From Octopus bimaculoides (Eukaryota), in contig NC_068981.1 of assembly GCF_001194135.2 (NCBI RefSeq), positions 139,504,432 to 139,568,431 of the forward strand: DNA of 64,000 nt. Direction: 5' to 3'. Every line of letters begins with the position of its first letter. Positions within the stretch are counted from its first letter, which is position 1. The notes below the pieces were generated by a model. The model saw only the letters and a list, made by a program, of their open reading frames with translations. It did no database searches and was not told where the DNA came from. Below are positions 1 through 12,951 of the stretch, in pieces. Position numbers and translations under genes: made by a program.

Positions 1-117
1 AAACAGCAGTTATTAGAAACAGCAGTTATTATAAATAATAACACCAAGTGACAGCAATTTTTACCTCGAACACATGTGCGACGCGTAACAAACAAACAAA
101 ACTCACGGAGACGTGAC

Positions 118-169
118 ACCGCTAATCATTTCGCCCGGCGTGCTAACGTTTCTGCCAGCTCGCCGCCTT
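118..169 (-). mobile_element. tRNA-SINE family A, head fragment only
   Basis: Reverse complement reads AAGGCGGCGAGCTGGCAGAAACGTTAGCACGCCGGGCGAAATG, matching the heads of many other copies in the window; the body diverges after about 50 nt. Confidence 0.8.
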
Positions 170-2388
170 TTTTGATATAGCCTATTGTCCCACAACTATA
201 TGAGATAATACCATGAAGAGTATAAAAAAGTTTATTTAGAGCTACAATGATATATTCATTAAAATAACTTGATAATTTATCGATCTGATCTAAGTATACT
301 CTTAAAAGAAACCAACTGTGAACCATTACTGGTATCAGTATATAATTGTGGAAATTGAAAACACACTACTACTGTCTTTGTTAAAGATGTAAACACTATA
401 TCCTTCTTCTTTATCCTCAAAAACACAAACCAATTTCCCCCGAACAAAACGAGTCAATATAACTTAAGGTTAGTTTATATATCGAGAAGCCGAATATGTA
501 AACTGTTTTCGATTACCATGTCACTTACAACATTACTGCCCTTTAGATACCGGTTTCAGTTCCACTTCAATAAGCAATGTAAAGAAATGTGGTGCTATAT
601 AGGTTAAACAGTATGGATTCTGTAGCATTGGCTGTTAGTCACTCGCTACTCCAATAAAACTCGACTACACACACATAAACCAATATTGGTAAAGTATTTT
701 AGTCAATATCATATATCGAAGATCTAAGAATCTGCTCGTAAACCCAGCAAACTATATCTGATATTTAACATAGACGAGAACCATAGAGTGGAAAGTAAAC
801 AGCTGACGAGATCAGAATGCCGTTCGATATCGATTACCAATTTTGAAAGACATGAATGTCTAAACATTCCACCATCAATTACTAAAATTGTTATACCTAC
901 ATGCGAAGTTAAAAAAAAGAACAAAAACCCCAACAAACATCGAAGTAATAGTTGCTTGATAAATAAATCCTATTGGTTGTTGTTATTGTTGTTTAGCCCC
1001 AGATAACCCCATGAGCATCATGTCATTTTCTATATGCAGGACTATATTGTCTAAAATATACTCTATATTTAATAGTTCTTTTTTGAAAGAGATTTGATTG
1101 CTATCTCTAGAAGACTGAGTGGTCACCTACAAGCATCCTCGCTAGCTCGATAAAATATGCGTTTCTTTCAACGGAATATGCTAATTTGTTTTTATAAAAT
1201 ACGTGAAAGGAGAGTGTATATAATGTGGTGTTGTTGAGTTTTTGCCCAAGCTGGTCAACTCATTTATTGATGGAGAAAGGGCATTATTTATGATTTTCTT
1301 TGTTCGTCATTTAGCATATTTTGATTATTAATTAGAACAAAGAGTTAAATTCTATGAAAATAATTATTAGACAATATGTTGTTGCTAAAATATAGGACTT
1401 CAATATTTGTATAGGTATTACATACAAATTTCTGTATAATATATTTAACTAGAAATTTATATCAATGCCATACTCGACACAAAGTAAGCCTTTAACAAAA
1501 GAAAATTGTCGATAAACCTGTGCGACGAACAAACATATCTCCTGGCATTTAAATATCCAATTGTAGCAAACAGTGCCTTGTGAATCTCACCATCGGAAAT
1601 TCAGAGCAACAGTGAATTGGCAGCTGGAGCACTTCGCTGGTGCTAACTAACCTATATCTAACAACGCTAATGTTCAGAAAATGCATGATATAAAAAAATC
1701 CAAAACGGATAACTGTAGGCATAGCGTAGATTCATCTGTAGATTGGGAAGATATCTGACTTGTAATATGCTGGTACAGTATTAAACGTCACATGTTCTTC
1801 TTTCATTTGTCGTTAAAAATAGTTGACCTTTTACCCGACAAAAAGAATACAATACACTACACGAATATTTATATAGACCTTTTTATAATTTTATAGTCAA
1901 AAGGGAACTCAGTGTCCAAGATTCATTATATAGCATCAAAGACTGGTGGGATGGAAGTAGGAAGGAGTTATCATCGAACCAGAGACCTGATCCGAATGCT
2001 TGGAACAAAAGTAATCTCGATAAAGGTAATTAAGGGCCAAGTTGTTGTAGTCTGCCAATCTATCATCTATATAGACCATGGCGAGATTTGAACTCAGAAA
2101 CGTAGCACAAGAACAAATATAATAAGAACCACAACGAAATTGGTCCGGCGGTTTCCGTCACTCATTTCTGCTCTGGAAAGATTAAAGCAACATTCAACTA
2201 AGCGGGATTTGAACTCAGAGCGCAGGAGGGAGAGTAAAAATTGAGGCAAGTTCCCAGTTACTTTTGCTGTTTATTATTGTGCAGATCCAGATCAAATATG
2301 TGATACGGAAGATCAATGGTCAAAAACATTCCAAACTTGACCACCTCATTCTATTTTCTTAGGGACAATGCACATACTATCACATTAC

Positions 2389-2509
2389 TTCATATATATT
2401 TCGAAGCAAAAGATCATAGTCTTTATTTGAAAGTGATTTAGCAGAATTATTTGGGAGATCGAACAATTTCGTAGACATTCGCTCTCCTTTTGACTTCTTG
2501 TTGTTGCCA
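2389..2509 (-). CDS. Orphan candidate internal exon (121 nt), product unknown
   Basis: Minus strand: CTCAC..TTTTTTTAG acceptor, open frame xGNNKKSKGERMSTKLFDLPNNSAKSLSNKDYDLLLRNIYE, then GAA|GTAATG donor. No homology recognised. Confidence 0.25.
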
Positions 2510-3215
2510 CTAAAAAAATCGTGAGCGCCAAGCATTCTCATTTCTCTTCTATACGCATACATATTTTATAGTTAAGTTTGAAATTAGTATTTATCTCGTT
2601 TAATTCATTGAATATGAAATATTACCCCATTTATTTCAATCGTTTTTTTCTTATGCTAGATGAATATGTCCCGAGCCTAATACTATCTCTTCTATCTTTA
2701 TCAAAATTTTGTTGTGTAGTATCACTCTGCAATCTATAATTGTAAACCGAGAATGTTATTTCTTCCCTAACTAACGATAATCGATGACAGCGATGTCAAA
2801 TTTGATTTGCTACAGGCGCCCATGCTGTCCCAAACTAGCTTCATGCACTTTTGCATTGATTTCAATATATTTGCCTGATTATAATGCGTATTGGTAGGCG
2901 GAGACAAATATTGAATTCGATCTTGAACTGTTTTGTTTGTAAAGCTTAACGAAAAATGACAATCAAAAAATAAACCTGATAATCAAGTATTTATTAAAAA
3001 CTAACCATATAAAAAAGATACACCCCTTCACCCAATAGGTTTTTGATTATTATCTGTTGTTACTCATTGAAATATTCGGTTTATTTTCATAATCTATTAG
3101 AATCAAAACTAACTTTTCTCTTGGTAATTATTACTCTCCTCCTCCTCCTTTCGGTTATTGTAACATTTGCAGGATTTTGACTTATAATTGTATAGTATAT
3201 ACATACATAAAAGGA

Positions 3216-3556
3216 GTAAAGACTCCCTTCAGTCACGAGTGGCTATGGGATCGCATCTAGAAAGTTCACCCCTGGGGCACAAGTGTTGGCAAAGTTGTTT
3301 TGGGGGAAGAATAGCAGTCGCCTGTGCATAGTAATCTCCCCACGAGACGCTACCGATGTCGTCCAAGAAAAAGGCAAAGACTGATACAACCAGGCACTAG
3401 TGACGTCGCAACTCATTTCTACAGTTGAGTGAAATGTAGTGACGTGAAATAAAGAGCTTTGCTCAAGAACACAACATATAGACTGGTTCGGCAATCGAAC
3501 TCACAACCTCACGATTGTAAGCACGATGCTCTAACTATTGAGTCATGCACCTTCAC
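3216..3556 (-). mobile_element. tRNA-SINE family C, full length, diverged
   Basis: Minus-strand head GTGAAGGTGCATGACTCAATAGTTAG with B-box GAGTTCGATTGCC, then the GTTGTGTTCTTGAGCAAAG central block shared with the 54027 copy. Confidence 0.75.
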
Positions 3557-3671
3557 ATACATACACACAAACATACATACATTTAGTTGTGTATATGTGC
3601 GTGTGAATCTATATACTAAGACTAGTGTAATTGACAATATATTGTCCCAATAATGAATGGTGGTCATTTTA

Positions 3672-4045
3672 GGGCGATCTTTCGATACTAGGCCGGAATA
3701 TCGGCCTTTTCCGTAAAAAGTGTCTTCGGCGACCTTTACCAAAGATCGGCCTTTTCGGTAACACCCGCACGATCTTCATTAGGGTGTTAGGGTTAGGGTT
3801 TTAGTGTTAGGGTTGGGGTTAGGGTTGATAGAGAGAGAGGGAGAGAGAGGGAGAGAAGGTATGTTTTTTTGCTTTTGCTTGTTGTTTGCTGCTTACCACT
3901 ATCTATTTCTCTTAAGCCTAACCCTAAAACTAACCCTAGTGAAGATCGTGCGGGTGTTACGGAAAAGGCCTATCTTTGGTAAAAATCGCCGAAGACACTT
4001 TTACGGAAAAGGCAGATATTTCGGCCTAGTATCGAAAGATCACCC
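3672..4045. mobile_element. Foldback/MITE element with about 130-bp TIRs, internal TTAGGG/CCCTAA motifs and 6-bp direct flank ATTTTA
   Basis: 3672-3800 is the reverse complement of 3917-4045; termini GGG..CCC; ATTTTA at 3666-3671 and 4046-4051. Confidence 0.85.
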
Positions 4046-5111
4046 ATTTTAGTCAGGTATTTAAATTTGTGGGCGTTGTCTTAAATTATTGTTAAGAAAA
4101 ATTAGATCCACCTACTAACTTCTTTCTCGTGGTATCTAATTACAACGATTAGTTTCTGGATGTCAATCATTATAATAATATGTTTGCATTTTGTTTTTCG
4201 TATAGGCCAGATGAAATAAAGCACGGGTTAAGTGCTTTGATAAGATTATATTCCAAAAAGAATTCTGGATGAAGAACAGTAGACTAGTAAAATCGTTAGG
4301 ACGTCAGACAACATGCCTTATATTTTTTTGGCTTATAATTTTGAGCTTAAAGTGAGTTGAGGCCAACTTTGCTATTGATCCTCACTGGATCGATAAAATA
4401 ATGAATCAGCCAAATAATGGGTCCAAATCAATGATCTTGCAAGGGAGAGCAGAACCGATTTCCTTGAACAACTAGATTTCCGACAACAAGTGAAATGATA
4501 GACCGATTGTAGTTACATTATTTTTATTTATCTGTAACACTTTATATGTTATAGTTAAAGTAGCATACACACAGCTTATCTTTCACTTATATACATCTAT
4601 GATATCTCTCTAAAACAGACCCCATTCAAAGGGATTCTGTAAAATAAAAAGATGATTAACTGCTATAGATGTCAATGCAATTATAAGAAAGGAAAACTAA
4701 GAATGGTTAAAAATAAGTACCAGCTTTGTGCAATTTAGTGCAATAAAATGATTCAAACGACAATATTTGTCTCTTAAAAATGTTTGACTTTGTGTCAATA
4801 TCATAAATAATTATTCTTATTGTTTGAAATAAATATATTGCAATGATTCGTAATTGGTTACTATTGTAACATAAATCAGGTGTTATGCTAATGTAATATA
4901 TTAATGGTTTTAAACATTAGAAATGATAAAGAATAATGTATTCTAATATTTAGTTTCTTCGTGGGAAGTATTCTGAAAGAATCGCTACAATGAGGAACAA
5001 AAATACTTGGCTTATTTAGTTACATCCCTTTATGTTTTCAGCTCAAATCTTGCCGAGATCAACATTATCTTTTTTGTGTCAATAAAGTAAGCACGATTAC
5101 TATACTGGAGT

Positions 5112-5320
5112 AAGGTGGCAAGCTGTCTGAATCGTTAGCACGCCGGTCAAAATGCTTAGCGGCATTTTGTCCGTCTTTACGTTATGAATTCAAACTCCGC
5201 CCAGGTCGAATTTGCCTTTCAGCATTTGGAGGTCGATAAAATAAGTACCAGATCACTGGGATCGATGTTACCGACTTAGCCCACCCACGAAAAGTGCTGG
5301 CCTCGTTCAAAAATTTGAAA
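5112..5320 (+). mobile_element. tRNA-SINE family A
   Basis: AAGGTGGCAAGCTGTCTGAATCGTTAGCACGCCGG head, GAATTCAAACTCC B-box-like motif, GTCGATAAAATAAGTACCAG body. Confidence 0.85.
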
Positions 5321-5587
5321 TCGATTAATATACTGGAATCGATTTAATGGACTGAATCATCTTCTCAAGGTTTCCAGTCGTGTACCAGTACCCAAATTTA
5401 CTAGTTTCTCCTCTTTAAATTTTAGAGAAGGTACCGGGTATATCATCTATGATCAGCAGTGAACAACTATCGAAATGTTTTGTCAGAAGATGATCCCACT
5501 TTTCAGACGCAGGCAAAACCATGTTGCTAAGAAGCTTACTTTGAAACTATACTGGTTCTATCAGTCCCCTTATGAAGTTACCATAGT

Positions 5588-5943
5588 GTTGGCACTCCGT
5601 CGCTTACGACGTCGAGGGTTCCAGTTGATCCGATCAACGGAACAGCCTGCTCGTGAAATTAACGTGCAAGTGGCTGAGCACTCCACAGACATGTGTACCC
5701 TTAACGTAGTTCTCGGGGATATTCAGCGTGACAAGGCTGACCCTTTGAATTACAGAAACAGGAAGAAAGAGTAAGAGAAAGTTGTGGTGAAAGAGTACAG
5801 CAGGGTTCGCCACCATCCCCTGCCGGATCCTCGTGGGGCTTTAGGTGTTTTTTGCTCAATAAACACTCACAACGCCCGGTCTGGGAATCGAAACCGCGAT
5901 CCTATGACCGCGAGTCATAAGACCACTGGGCCATTGCGTCTCC
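5588..5943 (-). mobile_element. tRNA-SINE family B, well preserved
   Basis: Minus-strand head GGAGACGCAATGGCCCAGTGG with B-box GGTTTCGATTCC; 3' tail GCTGTTCCGTTGATCGGATCAACTGGAACCCTCG shared with the 54027 and 59780 copies. Confidence 0.85.
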
Positions 5944-6081
5944 ACGAAGTTACATAGTAACGTGCCGATAAATTGTTTGTGATTGAATATGCCTTGTGTC
6001 TCCAAGCATTCTTGAGGCATGAAGACGCAAGCATACTTAGACTATATCTCTAATGTATGAAACTATTAGCAGTGTTCATTG

Positions 6082-6118
<37 letters not shown>

Positions 6119-6121
<3 letters not shown>

Positions 6122-7313
6122 CAAACTTAGGATTTTACCAATAGAACCGCAACTGCTATTTCAGGATAACATTATTGTGTGGAAAACATATGGAAAGTTA
6201 TATCCAATAAAAGTTATATCCAATAAAATAATATAAGAAGTTAAAAAAACCTACTATAAAATGCAATAAAATTATTTGAAAACATATTTGAAGAAATATA
6301 TAAAACTTACCTGTTATTAGTCTGTGGGTAAAGAAGATATTTCTAATCAACGCTACAGGTGTTTCAATTATAGCTAAATTTAAGAGTGTAATATATTTCG
6401 AATTATTACCTCCCCTTGAATTCAACCTTTCTAATATTATTAGTCTTATATAATTTTTCAGAGTATTTTATTTTATTTGTTATTCCCATAATACTTAGCG
6501 GATGGCAGAGGGAGCAGCCATTTACACAGCAACGAGAAGGAGTAAACATTATGTCGATAAGTATTCTTCCTTTGTTTATTTTTCACTAGAATTTTGCTAC
6601 TATTTTTTTTTACTAGTTTTATTCAATAAATTTATAATGTGTATAGTGGTGTTTACTAAATAATCTTTTTAAATACTATTAACTTACGTTTGACATTAAA
6701 AAAATGGTAATTTATACGTGTATTGATAAGGGTAAATCTTACACTAAATTATTAATTCCCGTTTATATAGATAGGTTGTTGGATTTGATATGTTTATAAT
6801 ATAGTCTTTGAAGATTTCCTTAGGTTTAGCATTTTCTATATATATCGGTATTGTAATTTAGGTGTTTAATTTTTTAATTCTTTTTAACCTTTAAAAATAC
6901 ATTTGTAATTTATATATTTTTATTATATTTTTATTCATATTCTTATTTTTCTCTTTAATATGATTTATAATATGTATTTTTAGATTTGATCCGTTAATAA
7001 TCATAACAATAAGATAAATAGCCTGAGGACGCCCTGGTGGATTTATGTATTAGGTATAGCCTTGATAAACACCCCACCAGCTCAGAAATACGTGTAACGC
7101 TGATTAGAAATATCTCTCCCCCCGACTAATAACAGGTAAGTTATATATATTTTTTCAAATATGTTTTCAAATAATTTTATTGTATTTTATAGTAGGTTTT
7201 TTTAAAAATGCTTATATTATCTTATTGGATATAGCTTTCTATGTGCATTCCATACAATAAGGTTATCGCGAAATAGGAGTTGTGGTTCTATTGGAAAAAT
7301 CCCAAATTTGTAA
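6119..7313. mobile_element. AT-rich foldback element with about 240-bp inverted repeats, probable Penelope-like (PLE) derivative
   Basis: 6119-6365 is the reverse complement of 7085-7313 (e.g. TTATTTGAAAACATATTTGAA / TTCAAATATGTTTTCAAATAA); an HHR-like motif sits at the inner edge of the right arm. Confidence 0.7.
7018..7100 (+). ncRNA. Hammerhead-like motif with long stem II, imperfect
   Basis: CTGAGGA (7023-7029), CTGGTGG/CCACCAG stem (7034-7040/7074-7080), GAAA (7085-7088), then TACGTGTA; stem II base and stem I imperfect. Confidence 0.4.
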
Positions 7314-7407
7314 TAATATTGTAAACGATAGTTTACATTGCATTAGTAAAGTGTAAACTAGTAAATGTCCTGATAACCTGGAATACTTATTATTCCTTAA
7401 GATTTTA

Positions 7408-7411
<4 letters not shown>

Positions 7412-7477
<66 letters not shown>
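7412..7477. repeat. (CA)n microsatellite abutting assembly gap
   Basis: Direct sequence. Confidence 0.95.
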
Positions 7478-7915
7478 NNNNNNNNNNNNNNNNNNNNNNN
7501 NNNNNNNNNNNNNNNNNNNNNNNNNNNNNNNNNNNNNNNNNNNNNNNNNNNNNNNNNNNNNNNNNNNNNNNNNNNNNNNNNNNNNNNNNNNNNNNNNNNN
7601 NNNNNNNNNNNNNNNNNNNNNNNNNNNNNNNNNNNNNNNNNNNNNNNNNNNNNNNNNNNNNNNNNNNNNNNNNNNNNNNNNNNNNNNNNNNNNNNNNNNN
7701 NNNNNNNNNNNNNNNNNNNNNNNNNNNNNNNNNNNNNNNNNNNNNNNNNNNNNNNNNNNNNNNNNNNNNNNNNNNNNNNNNNNNNNNNNNNNNNNNNNNN
7801 NNNNNNNNNNNNNNNNNNNNNNNNNNNNNNNNNNNNNNNNNNNNNNNNNNNNNNNNNNNNNNNNNNNNNNNNNNNNNNNNNNNNNNNNNNNNNNNNNNNN
7901 NNNNNNNNNNNNNNN
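7478..7915. other. Assembly gap (N run)
   Basis: Run of N. Confidence 1.
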
Positions 7916-7922
7916 AAAAAAA

Positions 7923-7975
<53 letters not shown>

Positions 7976-10900
7976 ATATATATATATCTATATTTGTATA
8001 TATCTACATACACACATATATATACGTTTGTGTACGTTCATGTTTGTATTTGGATGTCTCATATTTTATCGCTAGTGTTGGTTTGTTTATGTTCCTGTAT
8101 TTTAGCTGTCCCGGATAAAGAAACCAATAGAGTAGGCACTAAATTTGGAAAGGTATGAATAAATACGTAAATAACAAAAAATAAAAGTTAATGAAATGAT
8201 AAAATAAAGTACTGGGTTCGATTTTCTCGTTGTGATCAAGGCATTCCAACCGTGCTCATCCCGTCGTTTTCAGATGTCAAGCTAATATTGATGAAAATTT
8301 GTTTGCCATTTCTAGCGGATTAGGCTACAATTTGGCACCTTCCTGGCTGGTTCGATATATCATCTACATAGTAGTGTGCTCTGTTCAGTCATTTGGAGAC
8401 TTCCTTAACAAATATATGTCAGGAAGACGTGAGTGTTGTTTAAACATAAAAATTGCTTTCCATCTAACTAGTTACTACGTTAGCATTACTTAGCCTTGGG
8501 ACTTCAATCCTTATGGAGTTGTAGAAGCAACAACGTGAGTTTATAACTGGTGGAGTTGATCCTTTTCCAGGAGTGACCGAAGAACTTACCTTGTACTCTT
8601 GTACTAGTACTTTATTTGTCGACCTCAAATGAAGAGTCTGCTCAATATTAGTTGTCTATCTGTGGACTCAAGACAATGCGAAGCAAAGTTGACTTCGGTG
8701 TGATTAGAACCAAGACTGTGCAGAGAGTCAGAACGAGAGGCCTTTCATATACCCTAATGACTATGCCAACTGATTGCTTTACCAAACCTTATGCAAATAC
8801 AAAAAAAAAATATCATTTAATTTTTTCATAACAGAAATGATGAGAAACAATGTCTTCTAATATTTAGTTTCGTATCTCTACCGTCAGTATTCAAATCAGG
8901 TAGAAAATAACTCTAGACTTTTATCTCTTAGAGATCAATAAAATACATACCAGTTATTCAATGTGGATATTTCAATCATCTACAGCTGTATCTCATTCAC
9001 TTGTGTCAATACAAGAAGTCATTATTTGGTATTGTTTAAAACATATATACTGCCGTGATTTTTCATTGTTAATGTAGCCCTAAACAGAACATTTGATCTG
9101 TTTTCGGCCTGAATAGAGATAATCCACTGCTTCAGTGTGTTAACAGACGTGATGTCTGTAGCATATCCTAATTTTCCGTTTGTGTAGCATTACAGGAAGT
9201 CTTTCTTTAGGTGATATTTTTGTTTTTCATTTTGTTTTTTTTTTTACATAATATTTTATAGAATCCTGATAACACTAGCAAGAGTGAATTTCCAACTTTC
9301 TATTGATTCGCTATTAATCTTCTGGCACCCTCAATCTAATCAATGCCTTTTTCTGTATCCCTGCCCAGTAGCTTTTCTTTCATTTTGTTGGATTCTTATT
9401 TTTCATAGTATTTGAAATGATCATTTTGTTTATATCGCAACCATCATCATCATCGTCGTCGTCACCACCACCACTCCTACGACTGTCTCCACCATCAACA
9501 CCACCTAATCTACCACCATGTGATTGTGGTCGTGGTGGTGCTGGTAGTGGTGGTACTGACGGTGGTGTTTGTGTTTTCTTCCTTTTCTCCTTGTCGAATC
9601 CTTACTTGTTCCTCTTTCCTTCTACTCTATATTTAGCTGACTTTGCTACTTCCATTTCCGTTCGGTCTCTATTGCTACGTGTATAACATTAAATCTAAAC
9701 ATCCGATTAAATTCTGCGATAAAAGTCTTAGGAACTCTAGAAAGGCGTTGACTAGCATTACAAGGAATTCATTGATCAGTGAAACCAATTCTTTAATATG
9801 GCAACGCTAATAAATTATCCTTGAGCAATACATGTAATGCACCCAATTGAGAACTATGCTGGAAACTGCTCCAACAAAAGATGCAGTGTGATTACATTCA
9901 GCCGACGAAAGCTGTCTTGCTGAAAGCTGAGATGAAGAGAGAGAACAAGAGAGAGAGAGAGAGAGAGCGAGAGCGAGCGAGGGAGAAATTAACAGGGAAA
10001 TATGCTGAGAAATAGCAAGAGAGATGGAGAGCGAGAGGCATATGAAGGAAGCGAATGAGATATATGGAAGTTAGTAACATATAGGCATACAGTGCGTATT
10101 GTAGATCATTGAAAACAATCATCTACGCTGAAGGCTATATTATTTAGCTGCATTATTTAGTTTTTCCTTGTATTATCAGTAAACTAATTCAGTTTTAATG
10201 AAATGCTAACCTGACAATGATGTCGATACATGTTTTTCATCAGAAAGAAATAATGTGTAGTAGAAACGAAAAAAAAAAAAAATTGGTTACCCATGTATGT
10301 ACTTTCAATGCTATCTTTTCGGGGATTAACATATGAGGAACAATTTCTATGGAATAAAATCTTTTGTTGTGTTGAAAATATATTTATAATAGGTGTAATA
10401 TATATATATATATATAATGTTTGTGTATGTGTAATTTCAATGAAGTATTGAGTTGGTTATGAAATTTTATGTAAGTTATGGCAAATTAAAGGGGTTGAGA
10501 TTTATATTGCAATATAAATATTCTGTATTTGATAGAAACGAAATATTTTGATAGTTAGTTATATTCATATATGTCCACCTCTCCATTTGAGCGTGTGGGC
10601 ATATAACTGCGGTTGATACCTAAAACGTTCATTTCCGGCAAAGGTAATGCTTGTATAATTTGGAAGCGGACAAAAACAACCACAAAAGATTGAATAGATA
10701 TATTCAAGTTTTTGCTAGTATTTCTCAGAGAAATAAAAATCCAGAATATTGCAATTCCTTTGTGGGTTTCGTCAGTAATAAGTAATCTAATAGAAAAAAA
10801 AATTATTTTAGAATAAATGTTTGTCACGTAGCAAAAGTAAAGGAAATCAATATTTCAGGTATAGGCTCATTTTCAAGATACAAGAAGAGAGATAATAGGA

Positions 10901-11498
10901 AAGAAAAATAGGGTAATCTCCCTATCGCTATCAGAGAATCATGTTAGTAATGTGTGACGAAATTGTATAGCAGGGTATGTATTTTTGGGGTAAGGGGGGG
11001 GGGGCAGAATAACAAGTAGAAATGGAGATCGTGTGAAAATAGAAAAAAAAAAGAATAAGAATGAACACCAGAAGAATCAGTATTTATGTTGGTCAGTGTG
11101 TACATTGTGTGTATGTGTACACACACTGTTTAAACGTTTAGAAAGGTGTGGTTTTGCGTGCGGCTGTACACAGAACGGTGGTGGACAATAAGAGATGGGA
11201 AGAAAATAGAAAGTAATAACACACTGTTGGTTCCAGAATGAGCAAACGACGATCGCGAATCGGTAACTTCTTCGTGATTGATGGCGGAGTTGTTGTCAGT
11301 TGTTGATAGAGTTAGTCGTCATTGTTGTCTCTTAAGCGGGTCTGCTTTTGTAGACACATAAATCTTGCGCGCTTCAGGCTTTCTAAGACGGTAGGGTGTC
11401 ATTTAAAGAGATTTTGTCGTATTTTGAGTGATTAGTTGTGAATGTTTTTGTTGTTATTGGTGATAGCAGACAACTGAGTTATAGTTTATACCTATGGT

Positions 11499-11768
11499 AA
11501 GGGTGGGGGTGGGGGTGGGGCAGAGAGAACAGGCGTTTTTGAAATGGCTATAATTCAGCCCCAGGGGAGGGACCTATGCCCGACAGGTACCATTCGGTCC
11601 GTGGTGTCTTAGCATTTTATTTATGTTTTGAGGCGAAGCTATGGCGCTGTGGAAGATAGAGCATGGCGTGTTTGCCTACGACAGTTACGTAAAGAATAAT
11701 GAGTCTGTCACAACAGCTCAGCGTGAGTTTCGGTGCCACTTCAACGTTCATCGAAATTAGGCTGATCC
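11499..11768 (+). mobile_element. 5' fragment of rosa/DD41D-like Tc1/mariner element, same family as 43992-45238
   Basis: GGGTGGGGCAGAGAGAAC TIR and TTTGCCTACGACAGTTACGTAAAGAATAA..GAGTTTCGGTGCCACTTCAAC near-identical to 43992-44235. Confidence 0.85.
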
Positions 11769-11881
11769 AAAACTTAATGACCGATTTCTTCATCCAGGGC
11801 CGAGCCCATAACGTCTAATGTGGTTATAAGCAAACTCCAAATCGAGCTGATGTTCAGGTAGTAATATATTATATATCATAA

Positions 11882-12272
11882 GCTCAGGCGTGTCTGTATA
11901 GTAGGAAATTTGCTTCCCTACCAGCACACTGTGGTACCTTGGGCGAGTGTTACCTATCATCGCCCCAAGCTGTTCAAAATTTTGTGTGAATTTGGTAGAC
12001 AGGAATTAGAAAAAGCTTGTCGTACATATAGGTATGTACTTATGTGTGATTGTGTGTGAGAGAGAATCTTTCTGTTTGTCTCTACAACACCGCTAAATAA
12101 CCGGTCTCTCTTTGTTTACATCTCCATAAACTAGCGGTTCGGCATAATAGACCGATGGAATAAGTTTCAGGCTCAAAAAAAGCTACTGGGATCCGTTGGT
12201 TCGACTAAAACCATTTAAGGCGACGTTCCAGCATTACAGCAATCTAATTATTGAAGCAGGTAAATGGTAAAA
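11882..12272 (+). mobile_element. tRNA-SINE family D (CORE-like block, internal TG tract), diverged
   Basis: GGTACCTTGGGCGAGTG block, internal TG tract, and AGCGGTTCGGC..TTCGACTAAA..CCAGCA 3' part; colinear with 60185-60563. Confidence 0.75.
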
Positions 12273-12284
12273 AATTTATAATAC

Positions 12285-12421
12285 TGTCATGACTATGTGG
12301 TGAGAAGCTTACTTCTCAATCACATGGTTTATGATTCAGCCACACCATAAGGCACCTTGGACAAGTGCCTTCTACTTTAATCTTGAGTCGACTGAAGTCT
12401 TATAAATGGATCTGGTAGATT

Positions 12422-12427
<6 letters not shown>
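12285..12427 (+). mobile_element. tRNA-SINE family D, 5' half, cut by (TA)n and gap
   Basis: GACTATGTGGTGAGAAGCTT..GGCACCTTGGACAAGTGCCTTCTACT. Confidence 0.75.
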
Positions 12428-12469
<42 letters not shown>

Positions 12470-12951
12470 NNNNNNNNNNNNNNNNNNNNNNNNNNNNNNN
12501 NNNNNNNNNNNNNNNNNNNNNNNNNNNNNNNNNNNNNNNNNNNNNNNNNNNNNNNNNNNNNNNNNNNNNNNNNNNNNNNNNNNNNNNNNNNNNNNNNNNN
12601 NNNNNNNNNNNNNNNNNNNNNNNNNNNNNNNNNNNNNNNNNNNNNNNNNNNNNNNNNNNNNNNNNNNNNNNNNNNNNNNNNNNNNNNNNNNNNNNNNNNN
12701 NNNNNNNNNNNNNNNNNNNNNNNNNNNNNNNNNNNNNNNNNNNNNNNNNNNNNNNNNNNNNNNNNNNNNNNNNNNNNNNNNNNNNNNNNNNNNNNNNNNN
12801 NNNNNNNNNNNNNNNNNNNNNNNNNNNNNNNNNNNNNNNNNNNNNNNNNNNNNNNNNNNNNNNNNNNNNNNNNNNNNNNNNNNNNNNNNNNNNNNNNNNN
12901 NNNNNNNNNNNNNNNNNNNNNNNNNNNNNNNNNNNNNNNNNNNNNNNNNNN
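12470..12951. other. Assembly gap (N run)
   Basis: Run of N, preceded by (TA)n at 12428-12469. Confidence 1.

Noticed and set aside
3779-3826. TTAGGG runs as a true or interstitial telomere (also 26295-26402)
   Set aside because: Short, degenerate and symmetrically embedded inside TIR elements.
7405-8013. Long ORFs in the track that span N runs (also near 12.4, 16.8, 39.4 and 52.0 kb)
   Set aside because: Artefacts of gaps and flanking dinucleotide repeats.
9430-9570. Pro/Ser/Gly-rich ORF 9417-9686
   Set aside because: Degenerate (CCA)n and (TGG)n simple repeats; no splice or homology support.
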